Part shown: positions 1 through 13,500 of the stretch, one piece after another
Layout: the number at the start of each line of letters is the position of its first letter
Position numbering within the stretch: position 1 is the stretch's first letter
Assembly (NCBI GenBank): GCA_001643675.2
Contig: LSRY02000057.1
Span: 124,001 to 188,000, forward strand
Direction: 5' to 3'
DNA: 64,000 nucleotides
From: Monocercomonoides exilis PA203
Lineage: Eukaryota > Protista > Preaxostyla
The notes under the pieces: generated by a model
Told to the model about the DNA's origin: nothing
Seen by the model: the letters and a program-made list of their open reading frames with translations, nothing else
Databases searched by the model: none
Program-made: the position numbers and the translations under genes

Positions 1-3000
1 CAAAGTTTCCTCCCTCATTCAACACAGAAAACATCCCTCCCCCTTTTCCACACTTCAACCCTCCACATTTCTTCATCGTTGTGTTTCGTATCACCATTTT
101 CAAGGGTGCATCATTGTTATTTCGAATGATGGGAATATCATCCGTTGTGTTCTGGGTAACTTCCTCGAAGGAACTCCACTCAATAACAACATCTTGTTCC
201 TCTTCATTTCTCTCTCTTCTTGAACTCTTTGAAATGCTCAATCCACTCGCCCCATCAAGTTGAACGTCCTTCATTGTCAGATTTTTGATGTTCAAAATCG
301 AAGTTGACAGCAAAGAAATAACATCTTTTGAAAAGCTAAGTGATTGCATTGAAACAATGTCCAACACAACTGTACCTCCATATGCCTTGATCAGCCCGTA
401 ATTCATTATTTCATCAAAACTTTCTTCATTTTTTGTGAATGAACAGTCTTTCAGAGTCAGAAATCCATTGCTTGAACCAACATGCATCAAATAGTTGACT
501 CCACCTGTAAATGATGATGGAACAACAAAGTTTATCAGCTCGAAATTTGTAATTCCAGAAATCTTCATTGCTGCATCCTCTGCTACTTCGAGCGAAGAGA
601 GACATTCCAAAGCACACTTATTGTTATCATCTGATTTTATGGAAATTCCACCAAGATCAACACACTTCTGAAGAATCGCCTTTCCAATGATGTTTATATT
701 CTTTTCGTTTCCTTTCGGAAATCGATCCAATGAATAATCGATTGACAGACAAGGATAATCCGAAAATCCACAGGCACCCATATCTCTTCCTTTGTCTCCA
801 ATAAATATCTTTGAGCCAAATGCTCTCCAGAAATATACCAATGGAATGGCATTCGTTGTATCACTTCCATCAAAGCCTCTCATGGAATTTAATGAAATAT
901 CTGCCAGATGTTCTGATACGAATGGAAGAGAAGTGTTTGTGATGCTCTTTGTCAAATTGGATGATTCGACAAACAGGTCATTTCCACATTTTGCAACATT
1001 TGGCTTGCCTTCCTCAAAAATGGGGGATGAGATCACAAACGAAGAATAGTCATCAATCACTTTCAGCGCCATCCCTCCCCCAAAGCCAGTCTTTTCTTCT
1101 TTTGCTGGTGCTGTGCATCCTGTAAATGTGCATGAAACAATATTCATTTGAATATTCCCTTTCATCTGCACATTGAGAGCTCCTCCTCTGCCTTCATCAG
1201 CCAGCACTGAGCATTCATCAAATGAACATTCTTCAATATTTATTTCTGCGTTCGTATTTTCATCATCGCTGTTATCGAAGCTTATGCAGCCTCCGTTTCC
1301 AGCTGCTCTTTCAATTTTTGTGAAATTAGAGTTCGTCATGTTCAACCATTTGGTGCTCATTGACTCTGTACTTGTAGTGCTTCCTGACAATGAGATCAAT
1401 GGATTTCCACTCAAAGTGATTGATGAAGCCGAGAATGAATCAATAACCAAGGTTCCAGACTTAATAGATAAGAACAGAAATGTCAATTCCGATGAAGGGT
1501 TTTGAAGAGAAATAGAGCAATGAGACAAAGTCAGTTGTGAAGAAGACAAAATAAAAATGGAGTGAAGAGGAAGGGAAGATGGAAGAGAGAAGATGAGTCT
1601 TGATAATTCTGTTTCAACACTTGCTGAAATCATCTCTGAATTGGTCATTGAACTTGCATCAGAGACTGTCCAACCACTCTGCTCATCATTTCCTTTTATT
1701 TCATGCTTTTGATCAGTAAAGTCCAATTCATCACTCATCAAAATCATTCCATTCACAATAATTTTCTTTGTTTCTGTTTGTCTTGTGAGGGAGTGCATCA
1801 AGGTCAAACAAGGAAATTGGACAATTCCGCAGTGTGAGTGATTGGATGCCTCAATATTGCTCACATATATTTCTTCTGGGGTGGGAAGGAGATAGATGCA
1901 CAGAGGAATGGCCACACTCGTATTTCCATTGTCATATCCTCTCACTCTGTCGACAGAATCCAAAGAGGCTGTTACACATGTAATATTTTGTGACTTTGCA
2001 GTCACTTCCAGATTTGGTGAAATGACAAAAATATCTCTTCCCCATTTGGCTGTATTTGAGCCAAAGGAAGAAGAAATCAGGAAATTTGGGTTTTCATTCA
2101 TCAATTGAAGAAGGATTCCTCCTCCGAGACCATTTACCATTGAACAATAGCATTCATCAAAAGATCCACCATTCACTTTCACTTCATTTGCTTCTCCAAC
2201 ACATAACTTCATCGAGCCTCCAACAGTCGATGTTGTGCTTCCACATCCTTCAAAAGTGCAAGAATTCACATCAATGCTTGCCTTGTCATTCGAAAACGAC
2301 ATTACAGCTGCTCCACTGTTTGCTCTCTCAATCCCATCAAAGGTGCATTCAGAAAGAACCAATGAAATTTCTTTTGTCGAAGAGAGTGAAATCAAAGAGA
2401 CGGAGGAGACGGTCTTTGCCCAGTTCACATTTTCCATCTGAAACATTCCACTCTGAACATTGATCAGCTCTGTGGTGAATGCTGTTTCTGAAATTTGCCC
2501 ATTTCCAGCAGAAATGTTCAATCTGCAAATATGCATCTCTCCCGTTCCAGTAATCTCAAATAGCCTTGAGGCGCGATTATTTGTATGTACCGAATCATGC
2601 ACAAGAACAAAATCCCTTGCAGTCAATGTGCCTGTTGAGACTGAAAAAAGAGACAACCCAGATGCTTCAAATTCAATTTGAACTGTTGAGCTCAAATCGC
2701 TTTGGCCATATATTGTGTAAGAATTGGTGTTGCAGTCCACACTTTTTGTCTCTGAAATCGAACCTGTGAGTATTGCAATATCAGTTACTAATTCTGGAAT
2801 CAGCTGAGTGAGGCAGCGGCTGATGGTGCAGCAAGGATAGCTTTCATCCAGTCCACAAGTGTATGTATCAATGGCATTGGGTTCTGTTTGTACTGATGAG
2901 ACAAATCTGACTTTTCCGAAATCATTTCGAAGCCATTTGCTTTTATCAATAACAGAATTGTAATTAGTGCTCACTCTGTTTTCTGTTTGCCTTGTAGAAT

Positions 3001-4489
3001 AGCATGTGGAATCAATGTTGTTTGATGTTGAACCTTGAAGAACAATGTCATGCCCACCTTTAATGCATGTGTTGTTATGGAAAAAGCAATAATAAAACAA
3101 AATTCCATTATTACTTGACGTTACACTTTGACATACAGCGCCTCCTCCAAGCATTGAAAAGCAATTACAAAACAGGCAATTTGATATTACAACTTGATCA
3201 ATGCATCTCCAATGTTGAATTGCGCCTCCTGCGGATGATGTTGAATGATTTCCTTCACAAGAAGAAAATAATGAGCTGAGAATGCAATGTTTTTGCTTTA
3301 ATGTCAAAACTTGACAAAAATCTATTGCCCCTGCATCTACACCTGATGAACAATTTTGAAAAGAGCAATTATCAACAATTGGTTGGACATATACTAACTC
3401 TGCCGTTATTCCTCCACCACCAAAATCTGTTGTAGCTGCAGCTGTGCATTGTACAAATAAAGTGTGTTTAACAATGCATTCTGCAATTTTCAATGCATAT
3501 ATTCCTCCTCCTCTTGTCGAGGAAGCGTTGCATCTTGTGAATGAAGAATTCTCAACTCTGAGAGTTGCATTTTCATTGTCATGAACATAAAGAGCACCCC
3601 CTTGTGGTGATGTGCAATCAGTCCATTCGCACAATGAAAAGGATTGACTCTCATTTGTGTCCATTTTTTCTTTTCTTTGAAGTTCATTCGCTTCTCTTTT
3701 CCCAAAGCTTATTGATGTATTTTTGCAGACAAATTCTTGTGAAGAATAAGATCCGCTCGAGACCCCTCCTTCAAATGCATTCACACATAAATAAATGAAA
3801 CAGTTCTCCATTGAACTCAACAAGCACGAATGCTCCATTTGACAATCACAGTTCTTGAAGGGCTTCACAGAAATATTCCTGAAGGCACAGTTATTAATTT
3901 GTTCACTTTTGCTCTTTCCAGACAAAAGGAAATAGTCTGAGGATGATACAGTCAGATCTGCAACGATGGAATTTCTCAAAATAGCAAGATTTGAATCATC
4001 AGATGAAAATATGAGACTGGGAGTGTTCAGATTCTTTTGAGGGATCAAACTCAAATTAACCATGCTGATTGACCCACTTTGCAAATGAAAAGGAGATTCC
4101 GATTTTTGGTGGGAAATGCAGGAATCAATTGTGATTTTTGATTTATCTGTAACTAGTATCAAAGGTGAAGACAAATGTTCAACTGCCAAATTCTTGAGCA
4201 AGACTGTAGAATTGTGGAATGCCAAAAATGTATTAACAACTGCAGATATTCCTGACTGCAATCTTTTTACTTCTGAGGCTGTATTCTGCTCAAAAAAATA
4301 ATAACTATTTGTCTTAGAGATAAATTGTGCATCATTCAAATTTCCTTGACCAAAATAAATGCATTTAATCGAAAAATATTAATGCCAAAGAATACCTTTG
4401 TTTTTCAATATTGCAGCACCAGAGACATATTGCGTTTCAAGTGTCCTCCAAAGAATCAAACATGCAAAAAGGAGCAGATACATTCTCAT
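1..4489 (-). CDS. Giant secreted/surface protein with right-handed beta-helix-like (GGA/GxGGG) repeats and Cys modules; 3' end lies outside the window
   Basis: Exon 1 4489-4396 encodes MRMYLLLFACLILWRTLETQ (signal-peptide-like). A GT-AG intron spans 4395-4345. The frame then reads open to base 1 (...LKCGKGGGMFSVLNEGGNF); the track lists no stop-terminated ORF in this frame. Motifs include QGGALYV, RGGGIYA, AGGAIQ, LGGAVC..FFHNN, GRGGAL and GFGGGM, plus repeated CG(x4)[YF]PC modules. Confidence 0.8.
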
Positions 4490-4559
4490 ATGTTATTAGA
4501 ATCAACTTTGATTCAAATATAAAATATTTTTCGGATGATCAAATCGAAATAAAAAATGG

Positions 4560-6760
4560 TTTTCTGAACAATTGGTAAGAGAGAAGATCTTCTTCAGCAA
4601 TCACTTTGTGAGTGTTTGGAAAACATCTGAGACAGTTCCAAGGCAATACTATTTCCTCGGTTCTTTTCAGGAACAAATTGGTATTTGCTGATACAGATGA
4701 TAATTTTTGACATCAAAAAAATGAAAAGAATAAAAAAGTTACAAACAAAAAGAAACGTCAAACAGAGAGAAAAAATTTGTCCAAATCAATGCAACAAATG
4801 ATGAGAATCTGCCTTGCATCACCTGAATGGCAAAATAATTTGTAATCAGATAATGCTTTGTTTGTTGGAATAAGTTGAATTATTCCATGTTCTTAACAGT
4901 GCATTCACCAGAAAATATTAAGAAACTTATCAAACAAAAATTGTTGAATGACAAAAGCACAAAAAGCAACAAATGCCACACCTTAACAAATGAGCCATGT
5001 TTTCACTTTGAATGTGTTGTTCCGAATTATTAAAAGCCTTCTCTCCCAACGCAATCAGATGGCGAGTTTTTCTTTTCCATTCTCTCTTTCCACTTCTCTT
5101 CTTCTCTTCCGCTCCTCAATTCCCTTTTCTTTGTCTCTTTCAATGAAAATTCTTTCCCTCAAAACTGTTTCTCAATTTCTCTTCTCTTTCATTTTTCCCT
5201 TCTCTTTTTTTTTCCTTATCACCCTCCAATATGTCATATGTTAATTCATCTTTTCTCTCAACTGTTATCATTTTTTCCTGTTCAGTCCTCACATATCAAA
5301 ACTTGTTCTTATTAAAATAAACATTTTCTGTGAAAGTCATCGTAATCTTCTCCTCCTATTCTTCCTCTCCATTTCCTATCTTCTCCATTGTGCTCTTCAT
5401 ATTCTCATCTGTTTTGTCTTATAAAACCATCTCACCAGCTTCTTCGCCCAAAATTTCCCAAATAAGTTTTTCCGCTCTATTCTTCTCCCGCTTTCTTGCT
5501 CCTTCCACATTTTGTATGTTGATCCATTTTATGCGAATAGCTATTGTTTGTAGTTTGAAAATACTCACCTGCTTTTTCTTCAGCGAAAAGATCCTTTTAA
5601 GAAGCCATTTGTGCCAGTTGAGAGGAAATGTTTCGTGAACTTTCTCTGCATACGCATTTGTATTTAAAAAAAGAGTTTAAAAAAAGATTGCAATTAAACA
5701 AATAAAGAAATCAAACATGTTGTTATTATAACTTAAAAATACATTTTGTAAAATAAAATTAAAATAAATATTCAGTCTCTTTCTTTTTTTTTTTCAATTC
5801 TGAATATTTTTCATCATTCAAAAAAATAAATTTTAATCAGCAAAAAAGCACAAACACAATTTGCCCTTCTTTGCAAATAAAGCATTCTCTTTGCAAAATA
5901 CAAATAATTTCCTCAGCCTCTTCTCCATTCGCAATCGCTTGCTCCTCGTGTTTCTTCCTGCATTGATTAAGCCTCCATCTCTTCCTTCTTCCTCTCATAA
6001 GCTCCATCCTTTCACTTTCTTTTCCACCATCTTCTTTGAATTATTCATTCACTTTGTTTGCTTTCAATTGCTCCAATAATAATGTCTTTTCTTCCCATGA
6101 AAATCCTTCCAATACCGAATCACTTTAAAGTCAGTGCTTTTCTGATATATTGAGTGTATTTCAATTAAAATCTGGAACACGTCAAATTCATGTTCCAAAA
6201 ATTCCAAAGGGGGGATAAGAAATGTGAAAGCGAATGGTACAGAATAAATGAATAAATAATTCAAACCTCACAACAAATACAGAGTGATTGATGCCCAATT
6301 GCGATTCCAAGCATTTTTTTTTTCAATTCAAGCAATTTGTAAATTTTCGATAAATCAGATAAAATTTCAATAAAAATGGGGACATGTTCGATGAAGAATG
6401 CTATCTGAATGGAATTGAACGCGGATTTGGAAAACCATAGAAATTACTTATATCTTTTTTAGTTTTGCTTGGCAAGTCAAATGAGACACATGAGCTGTTG
6501 AGATAATTTTGGACAAAAAATAGCAGTTCGCTCAAGTGCATCCTCGGTTAACGTGCATGGCGTTTGTTGTATTTTGTGGAACGAATCAACATCTGCTCCA
6601 CGATTGGCAACAATTTTGCTCAGGCGGATGAAAAGAAGCATGTTGTTGAATTTCATTTTGAATGCTTTGCCTTTTTTTCGAAATTTTGTTTGTTCTTGTT
6701 GTTGCAATGCAATGGTTAAATGAGAATTTGATGATGCTCCTTTCTTTGAATAAGCCTTCT
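4560..6760 (-). pseudogene. Possible decayed gene relic (E/K/R-rich coding-like fragments interrupted by stops)
   Basis: The minus strand is purine-rich and coding-like at about 5040-5530 and 5860-6260, with many in-frame stops. There is a weak ankyrin-like fragment NRGADVDS..QTP near 6560-6610. No intact gene model could be built. Confidence 0.25.
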
Positions 6761-7502
6761 CATCAAATTCTTTCGCTTCTACATGTTCATTTAAAAAAAA
6801 GGGTAAATAAGTTTTTGATCTTCTTTTTCGTTGTTGTTGTTAGAGAAAGGTTTTATTTGGAGTTTTCAGTTATTCAAACATTTTTTATGGTTCAAGATGT
6901 GATTCATAATTTTTTTTATTTCCATATAATTCTTAAAACATTCCAAAGTTTGATCATTCATTTGGATAATCCTTTAAGATTAAAAAAAAAAAAAAAGAAA
7001 GAAATTAATTAATTTTCCTTTGAAGTGGAGAATTGGTGATGAAAGTGACGAGTTTTTTTTTCGCGTCATTCAGGGTTAAATAAATTTTTTCCCTCTCTCA
7101 TGAAATTATGTGAAAATCAAATTTTCTCTTTGAAATCTGAAATAATTCCGGATTATTTTTTTTTTCTAGTGAGTTAAAACAATTTTTGAAAACATATGTT
7201 TTTTCCTGAAAATATTATTTATTTCTTAAAAATTTTTTTAAATCCAATGAAAACATAAGATATTTATATTTTGAATGCAAAAATTTTATCCTCCTTTGAA
7301 AAATTTTTCATTTCGTACAATTAAATTATTTAAATGAATATAATTATTTGATTTCAAATGAAAAAATGATTAATTCGTTTGTGAAAATTTTTAATTAGAT
7401 TGCAAAAATTCACATTTAGAATTATTTTTTGTGCATTGATAATTATGGAAACACTGAGCACAGAAAAAATGAAAACTCATACCATAAATTGATTTTAATA
7501 AA

Positions 7503-10500
7503 ATGAGCATCTCGGGCGTTCCATTTGATAAAAGAGGAAAGAAACGCTCAATCGAAGAGACGCTCAAACAGCAACGTTCTGTAGATAAAAATGCATTGAC
7601 CCAAAGACTTTATGCAACGATGAGACCATCTCTGGCTGCAAATGCTTCTGTTTTTCAACATTCTGGAAAATTGGAAGATACAAAAGTCACTTCTGTTGTT
7701 TGCGATTGTAATTTTATTGAATTTTAATTTACACATATGTTATTGAATTTATGAAATTATATATTTTTATTTGCTTTTTTTTCTGATTGTTATATTCATT
7801 TTTAAAATGTTTGACTGTTTTAATGAGTTTGAAAGGCCAATACAATTTACACAGACCAGAAATTCGACAAAACCTCGCGCGCATGTATTTGAATCTTCTC
7901 CAAGCAATTTTCTTCTGTCAGGAGATTCTCAACTTCCAAGAATAGTGCGTTCAACCACTCCAACATCTTTTCAACGTTCAAATTCACTTCGTGCATCTAC
8001 CCCGTCAACTCCAACACTTCATGCAACTCATACACAAAATTCAATATCCGCTTCTCAGAAATTCAATTCACGTACTTCGTTTTCTCAGATACCCACTTCA
8101 CCATCTCTTCCTGTGGTAAGTCCTCAGGCAATGCATCTTCCCCCTCTTTCAAGCGAAAAAACAAAGCGTTATTCTGCTTCAAGGAGATCTTCAGTTGGAC
8201 CGCCTGTAAGATCACTCGAACCTGAAATTAAAGAAAGACGTTCAATTACACCTCAAGGAAAACTAATGACACATTCACTAACTTCGTCTTCAAACAAGTC
8301 ATTTGCCGCATCTTCTGCATTTACAACATCCTTTGCAAGTCTGATGAACGCCTCATCTTCTCATTCGAAAAATAATGCAGCAGATGATGCCTTGTTGGCT
8401 CTCATGCAAGAAGACAGTTCACAATTGACTTCTGCCGTTTCGTCTGATTCATCCGCAATGACATTTCTCCGCCGGAGCCTCCAACAGCCAGAGCAGCTGG
8501 AGTTTGTCTACTGCCAAGTTGCGGGGGGAGTGTTTGACATGTTCAATCCATACGACCTGGAGATTGTGCCCCACGAGACAATCATGATTCTCCACCAGAA
8601 GGAAATAGAAAGAATGAAAAAGGCCAAAAGAGATCGAGAGCTGACACTAAACAGCGACAAAGGAAAGAAGACGGCCACACAGCGCGACAGCATGAGCAGT
8701 GCTTCGAGCTATGCCCAGCCATTCGGATTGAAAGCGAGCCCAAGAAAATCCATATCTCCCACACGCCACAATTCATCCTCGTCTTCTGCCACTTCATCCG
8801 CTTCTTCGCAGTCCACTTCACTTGCACTTCACGAAACATCATCACACTCACCGTCACCGTCACCATCGCCATCGCCACTCTCACCTTCCTCTTCCTCATC
8901 CTCATCCTCATCCTCATCCTCATCTTCCTTTTCCTCTTCCATTTCACCCAGCTCTTCCTCCCTCGCCAGCACCTACTACACAGCCTCCGCCAAGGGTATC
9001 ACGATGTACTACGGAATGAACACCGAGTTCACCCCCATCCGCCAATGGCTCGAAGAGCGGCGCCTCTTCCACATTGTCGCCGGCATCCCCTTCTTCGCCT
9101 CCTTCCGCCTCTTCCGCTGCTACTCGGCGTGGATGGCCTTTGCCCGCCGAAGACGCATCGCCAAGTCCTTCGACATTCTGCGCACCAGCCACTTCTTCTC
9201 CACCTCCCCGCTCCACAAAGCCCTCGTCCGCGTGCAGGAGCTCTGCCTGATGCACCGCTCAGCCCCACTCTTCACAACAGACGAGACAAAAACATACACA
9301 CTGGAGGACTTCGCAGCTGAGATGGACAGGCAAAGCGAGGTGTTTCTGGCAACGCTGCGGCTGCTGGCTGACGAAGTGGAGGCGACGGTGAAGAATGCAT
9401 GCAGAAAAGTGCTTGTTCAGAAGGGGTTTGTTGATACAAAGGCGACAATTGAGGGAATATCAGCAGACGAAAGAGAAGGAAATGAGAAAGCACTCGCAAT
9501 GAGTGGGGCATTTCAGTCAACAACCACATCATCATCATCTTCTTCTTCTTCCTCCTCCTCATCTTCATTTTCTGCATCTTCTTCTTCCTCCTCATCTTCT
9601 CCTCCTCCTTCTCTCCCGTCCTTCGGCGACGACACCAGCTACACAGTGCTTGCTGCCAAGCGCAGTGAATATCGCCGTCTGACGAACTTCATCAGAGAAG
9701 TTGACTACATCGTGGCTGATCTGCAGCACCATCTGATTGTCCAGGCAACCGACGCTTTGCTCACCACGCTCCGCAGACGAAAGCACAGACAGGCACCTCA
9801 ACCGCCGCTGACAGAGAATTTGGATCAGGACAGGAAGAGGAAGGAGCTGGAGAGAGAGTATTCGATGGAAGGAGGGGAGATGTTCTCTTCGTTTGGGCAG
9901 TCTGCTTCTTCTTCTGCTTCTTCTTCTTCTTCTTCAACATTCAACAGGAATTCTTCATTTGCCCGCAGAAAGAATCAAAAGAACGGGAAACGACGAACAT
10001 CAGCGCAGGAAAATGAGGAAGAGAACAACGAAAACAACACAAATTGTGATCAAATGAATGGAAACAACTCAGAACAGCCAAGCTCATCAGCATCTTCCTC
10101 TTCTTCTTCTTCTTCTTATTCATATTCTACCCACACTTCATCTACTGACTACAATGAAGAACAAACTGAAGGGGATGAAGGCTACACATACGAAGGCGGA
10201 GAAGGCGAACCCGAAGAGCCTCTTCCGCCGCTGTTTGAGACAGAACTGCGAATTGAAGGCGACCATCTTCAGCTGATTCACTCGGCAGATGATTTTGAGC
10301 TGATGATAATGGCGCTGGTGGAGCGGTTTGTGGCAGATGTGTTTACGAGAGAAAGATGTCTGTTGTCACCTGCCTTCAGACAATACACTCTGTCCAATGA
10401 AGATGGGACAGGCAATGCAGATGGGGGTGGTGTTGGAGGAGGAGGAGGGATGGGGAGTGGAAGCGGAGGTATGGGAGGTATGGGAGGAGGAGGAGGAATC

Positions 10501-13500
10501 GGGGGAGAGAAGAGAGGGAAGAGAGGAGGCAGAGGCAGAGGCAGAGAGAGAGGAGGCAGAGAGCAGCGGGAGAAAGAGCGGAAGGAGCAGCAGGAGAGGG
10601 AGCAGATGACAGCAGAGGAGCTGCAGCGGCTGGCCGAAGAAGAGGAGCAACATGTGATGGACTCGATTGGCGAGAGCATCACAGCCATTTTGGGAGAGAG
10701 GCTGCAGCAGGACAAGAACTACCAGCAGTTAAAAGTGGACATTGCGAACGAGACAAGCAGCGCATTCAAGGAAGTTGTGTCGCATGCTGCAAAATATCGT
10801 GTGTTCCTCCGCATTGTGCTGGCAAACCGGACAGTCGATCCGAACGAGATTAGACAGAGAGACCCTCCTGTGCTGTGGTATTCGCAGCAGCTGGACGAGC
10901 ACAAGGCGCAGCTGGCAGACGGGACAGCGCTTGCAGACTACGTGGAGGTGTCGCTGTTCAAACTGCGCCTTCCTCAGCTGAAGCAGGTTGTGACAGAATC
11001 AGCAGAGGAAAGGATACGCACACTGCACCAGCTGCTGCCGGAGGTGTCGGCCGAGAAGAGAGCGAAACACGCACTGGATGTGCGAGAGGCGTTTCAGGTT
11101 TTGTCGCAGAAGCCGGAGAATGTGGAGGACTATGCGCAGTTCCTGACAAACGTGGCGCAGATCCAGAAGAGCCAGCAGCAGCTGCGGTACAACCACGACG
11201 TGGTAGATGGCTTCTACCAGATGATGCGCGACTCGCAGATCGAAATCAGCAGCTCTGACCAGGCGAACCTGCAGCTGATGGAGCGCAGCCAGACACAGCT
11301 GAACCAGCTGCTGCTGAATGCGGAGAACACGATGGAGGAGCAGACAGCGAAGTTCAATGCAGAACTGTCAGCACGAGTTGCTGAATTGAAGGAAAGAACA
11401 CTAAAATTCCGTTCGCAGGCAGCTGAGCCGTCTTTGCTGAGCAATCCAGATGAAGTTGAGGGGGTGGAGGTAGAAGTGGCGAAGTTGTGTGCAGAGGCAG
11501 GAAAACTGCGGGAAGAGGCAGACAAATGCAGCAGGCTGCAGAAGCTGTTCAGCACTCCGCCGGAAAAATGGGAAGTTCTGTGTGAAGTTGAGCGCGACCT
11601 GAAGGCGAAGCAGACACTGTGGACGTCGCTGGAGGAGTGGCACACGCTGGACGAGAGCTGGATGGACACCCCGCTGCTCACTTTGGACAAAGACGAGGTC
11701 TTTGCCACCTTCGCCCGGTACACAAAGACCTGCTCCCAGCTCGAAAGAGAACTTCCGCCCAATCTCGCCACGCAGAAGCTGCGGTCTCTGATAGCTGAAT
11801 TCGGAAAGACGCTGCCAATTCTGGAGTCGCTGAAGAATCCTGACTTGAAACCACACCACTGGCTGAAGATAAGAGAAGCACTGACAGGCTCGCCGGATGA
11901 GTGGCTGGACGAGTTCACGTTTGGGTGGGTGTTGGATATCGGGGCGATGGAGAAGAGAGTGGAGGTGTCACAAATCAGCGAGGATGCGTCGCAAGAGGCG
12001 GTGCTGTCGGATATGCTGCGCAAAATCATCGACAAGTGGACGAAGATGGAGCTGAAGACGAAACCATTCCGGAACGACAACTTCCTTCTGATTGAAGTGG
12101 ATGAGCTGCTACGTGACTTCGACGACACGCAAGTACAGCTGGAGACAATAAAAGGCTCACGTCACGCTGACCCAATCAAAGAGAATGTGATGTTGTGGGG
12201 TTCGAAGCTGAGCACGTTCAATGATGTGCTTGAGCAGTGGCTGATCTTCCAGCAGAAGTGGCTGTCGCTGGAGCCTGTCTTCCAGAGCGACGAGCTTCTG
12301 AAGGAATATGCGAAGAAGTTTCACGAATGCGACAAGTTCTGGCGGGACTTCATGCGCGTCACGCACGAATACCCAGCTGCATTGCGGGTGACGCAACAGC
12401 CAGGGCTGGCGACGATCTTTAAGCAGCACAACAACACACTGGAGCAGATACAGTCTGCACTGAACGGCCTGCTCAACACAAAAAGAGCGCAATTTGGACG
12501 GTTCTTCTTCTTGCCGAATGACGATCTGTTGGAGATTCTGAAGGAAGGGAAGAATCCGCTGAATGTGATGCCTTACATGAACAAGCTCTTCGACAACATC
12601 AAGACACTCCAGTTTTCAACATCAGAAGACCTGAGAAAAATGGAGATAGTGTCAATGGTGTCATCCGAAGGGGAGGTTGTGAAGCTGAAAGAGGAGAAAG
12701 TGAATCCACGTGGCAAACCAGTAGAAGTGTGGCTGCGGTCAGTCGAGGCTGCAATGATGAACATCCTCCACACACTCCTCAAAGCAGCTGTCATTAACAT
12801 CTTCCAGATTGTGGAGCCTGTCCTGGGTGCTCTGCTTCAGATCATCCCAACCGATCCAAAGGGAAAATTGGGCGGCTCTGGCTCAGCTTCGGGAATTGCC
12901 TCTGGCAGCGGCTCGGCAATAGGCTCACCTTCCTCTACGCCTCTTCTGCCATCTGCGACCAGCCCGAACAAGCTGTCAATTTCAGTCTCAGCACAAAGCC
13001 CGTCTCAGACTCCCTCGCAGAAGTCGTCGTATGGTTCTTCACACTCAAACCACATGTCAGCTGCTGCTCAGCAGGCAATGATTGCAGCGAGGCAGAAGTG
13101 GATCCTCACCAACAAGGCGCAGATCGTGATTGCGGGGTCTCAAATCCTCTGGACGGCACAGGTGGAGCAGGCGCTGTCTGCCGAGCGGCCGCTGGATGAG
13201 CTGCGGAAGATGATGGCGAAGTGCGAGGGGACACTCGACATCCTCACAGACCTCGTCCGCGGGCAGCTGGATCCGCTGCAGAGGGTGAGTGCTGGTGCGC
13301 TGATTGTGATACAAGTGCATGCAAGAGACATTGTGGAGGAGATGCTGCGTGATTGTGTGATGTCTGTGAATGACTTCGACTGGCAGAAGAGGCTGAGGTA
13401 TTATTGGGACATGCAACAGGACACATGCCTCATATCTCAGACAAGCTCATCTTTTGACTACGGCTACGAATATCTCGGCTGCACACCTCGTCTGGTGATC

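Noticed and set aside
6477-6707. Ankyrin-repeat gene
   Set aside because: Only a single degenerate GADVD..TP fragment is present, with no second repeat and no gene model.
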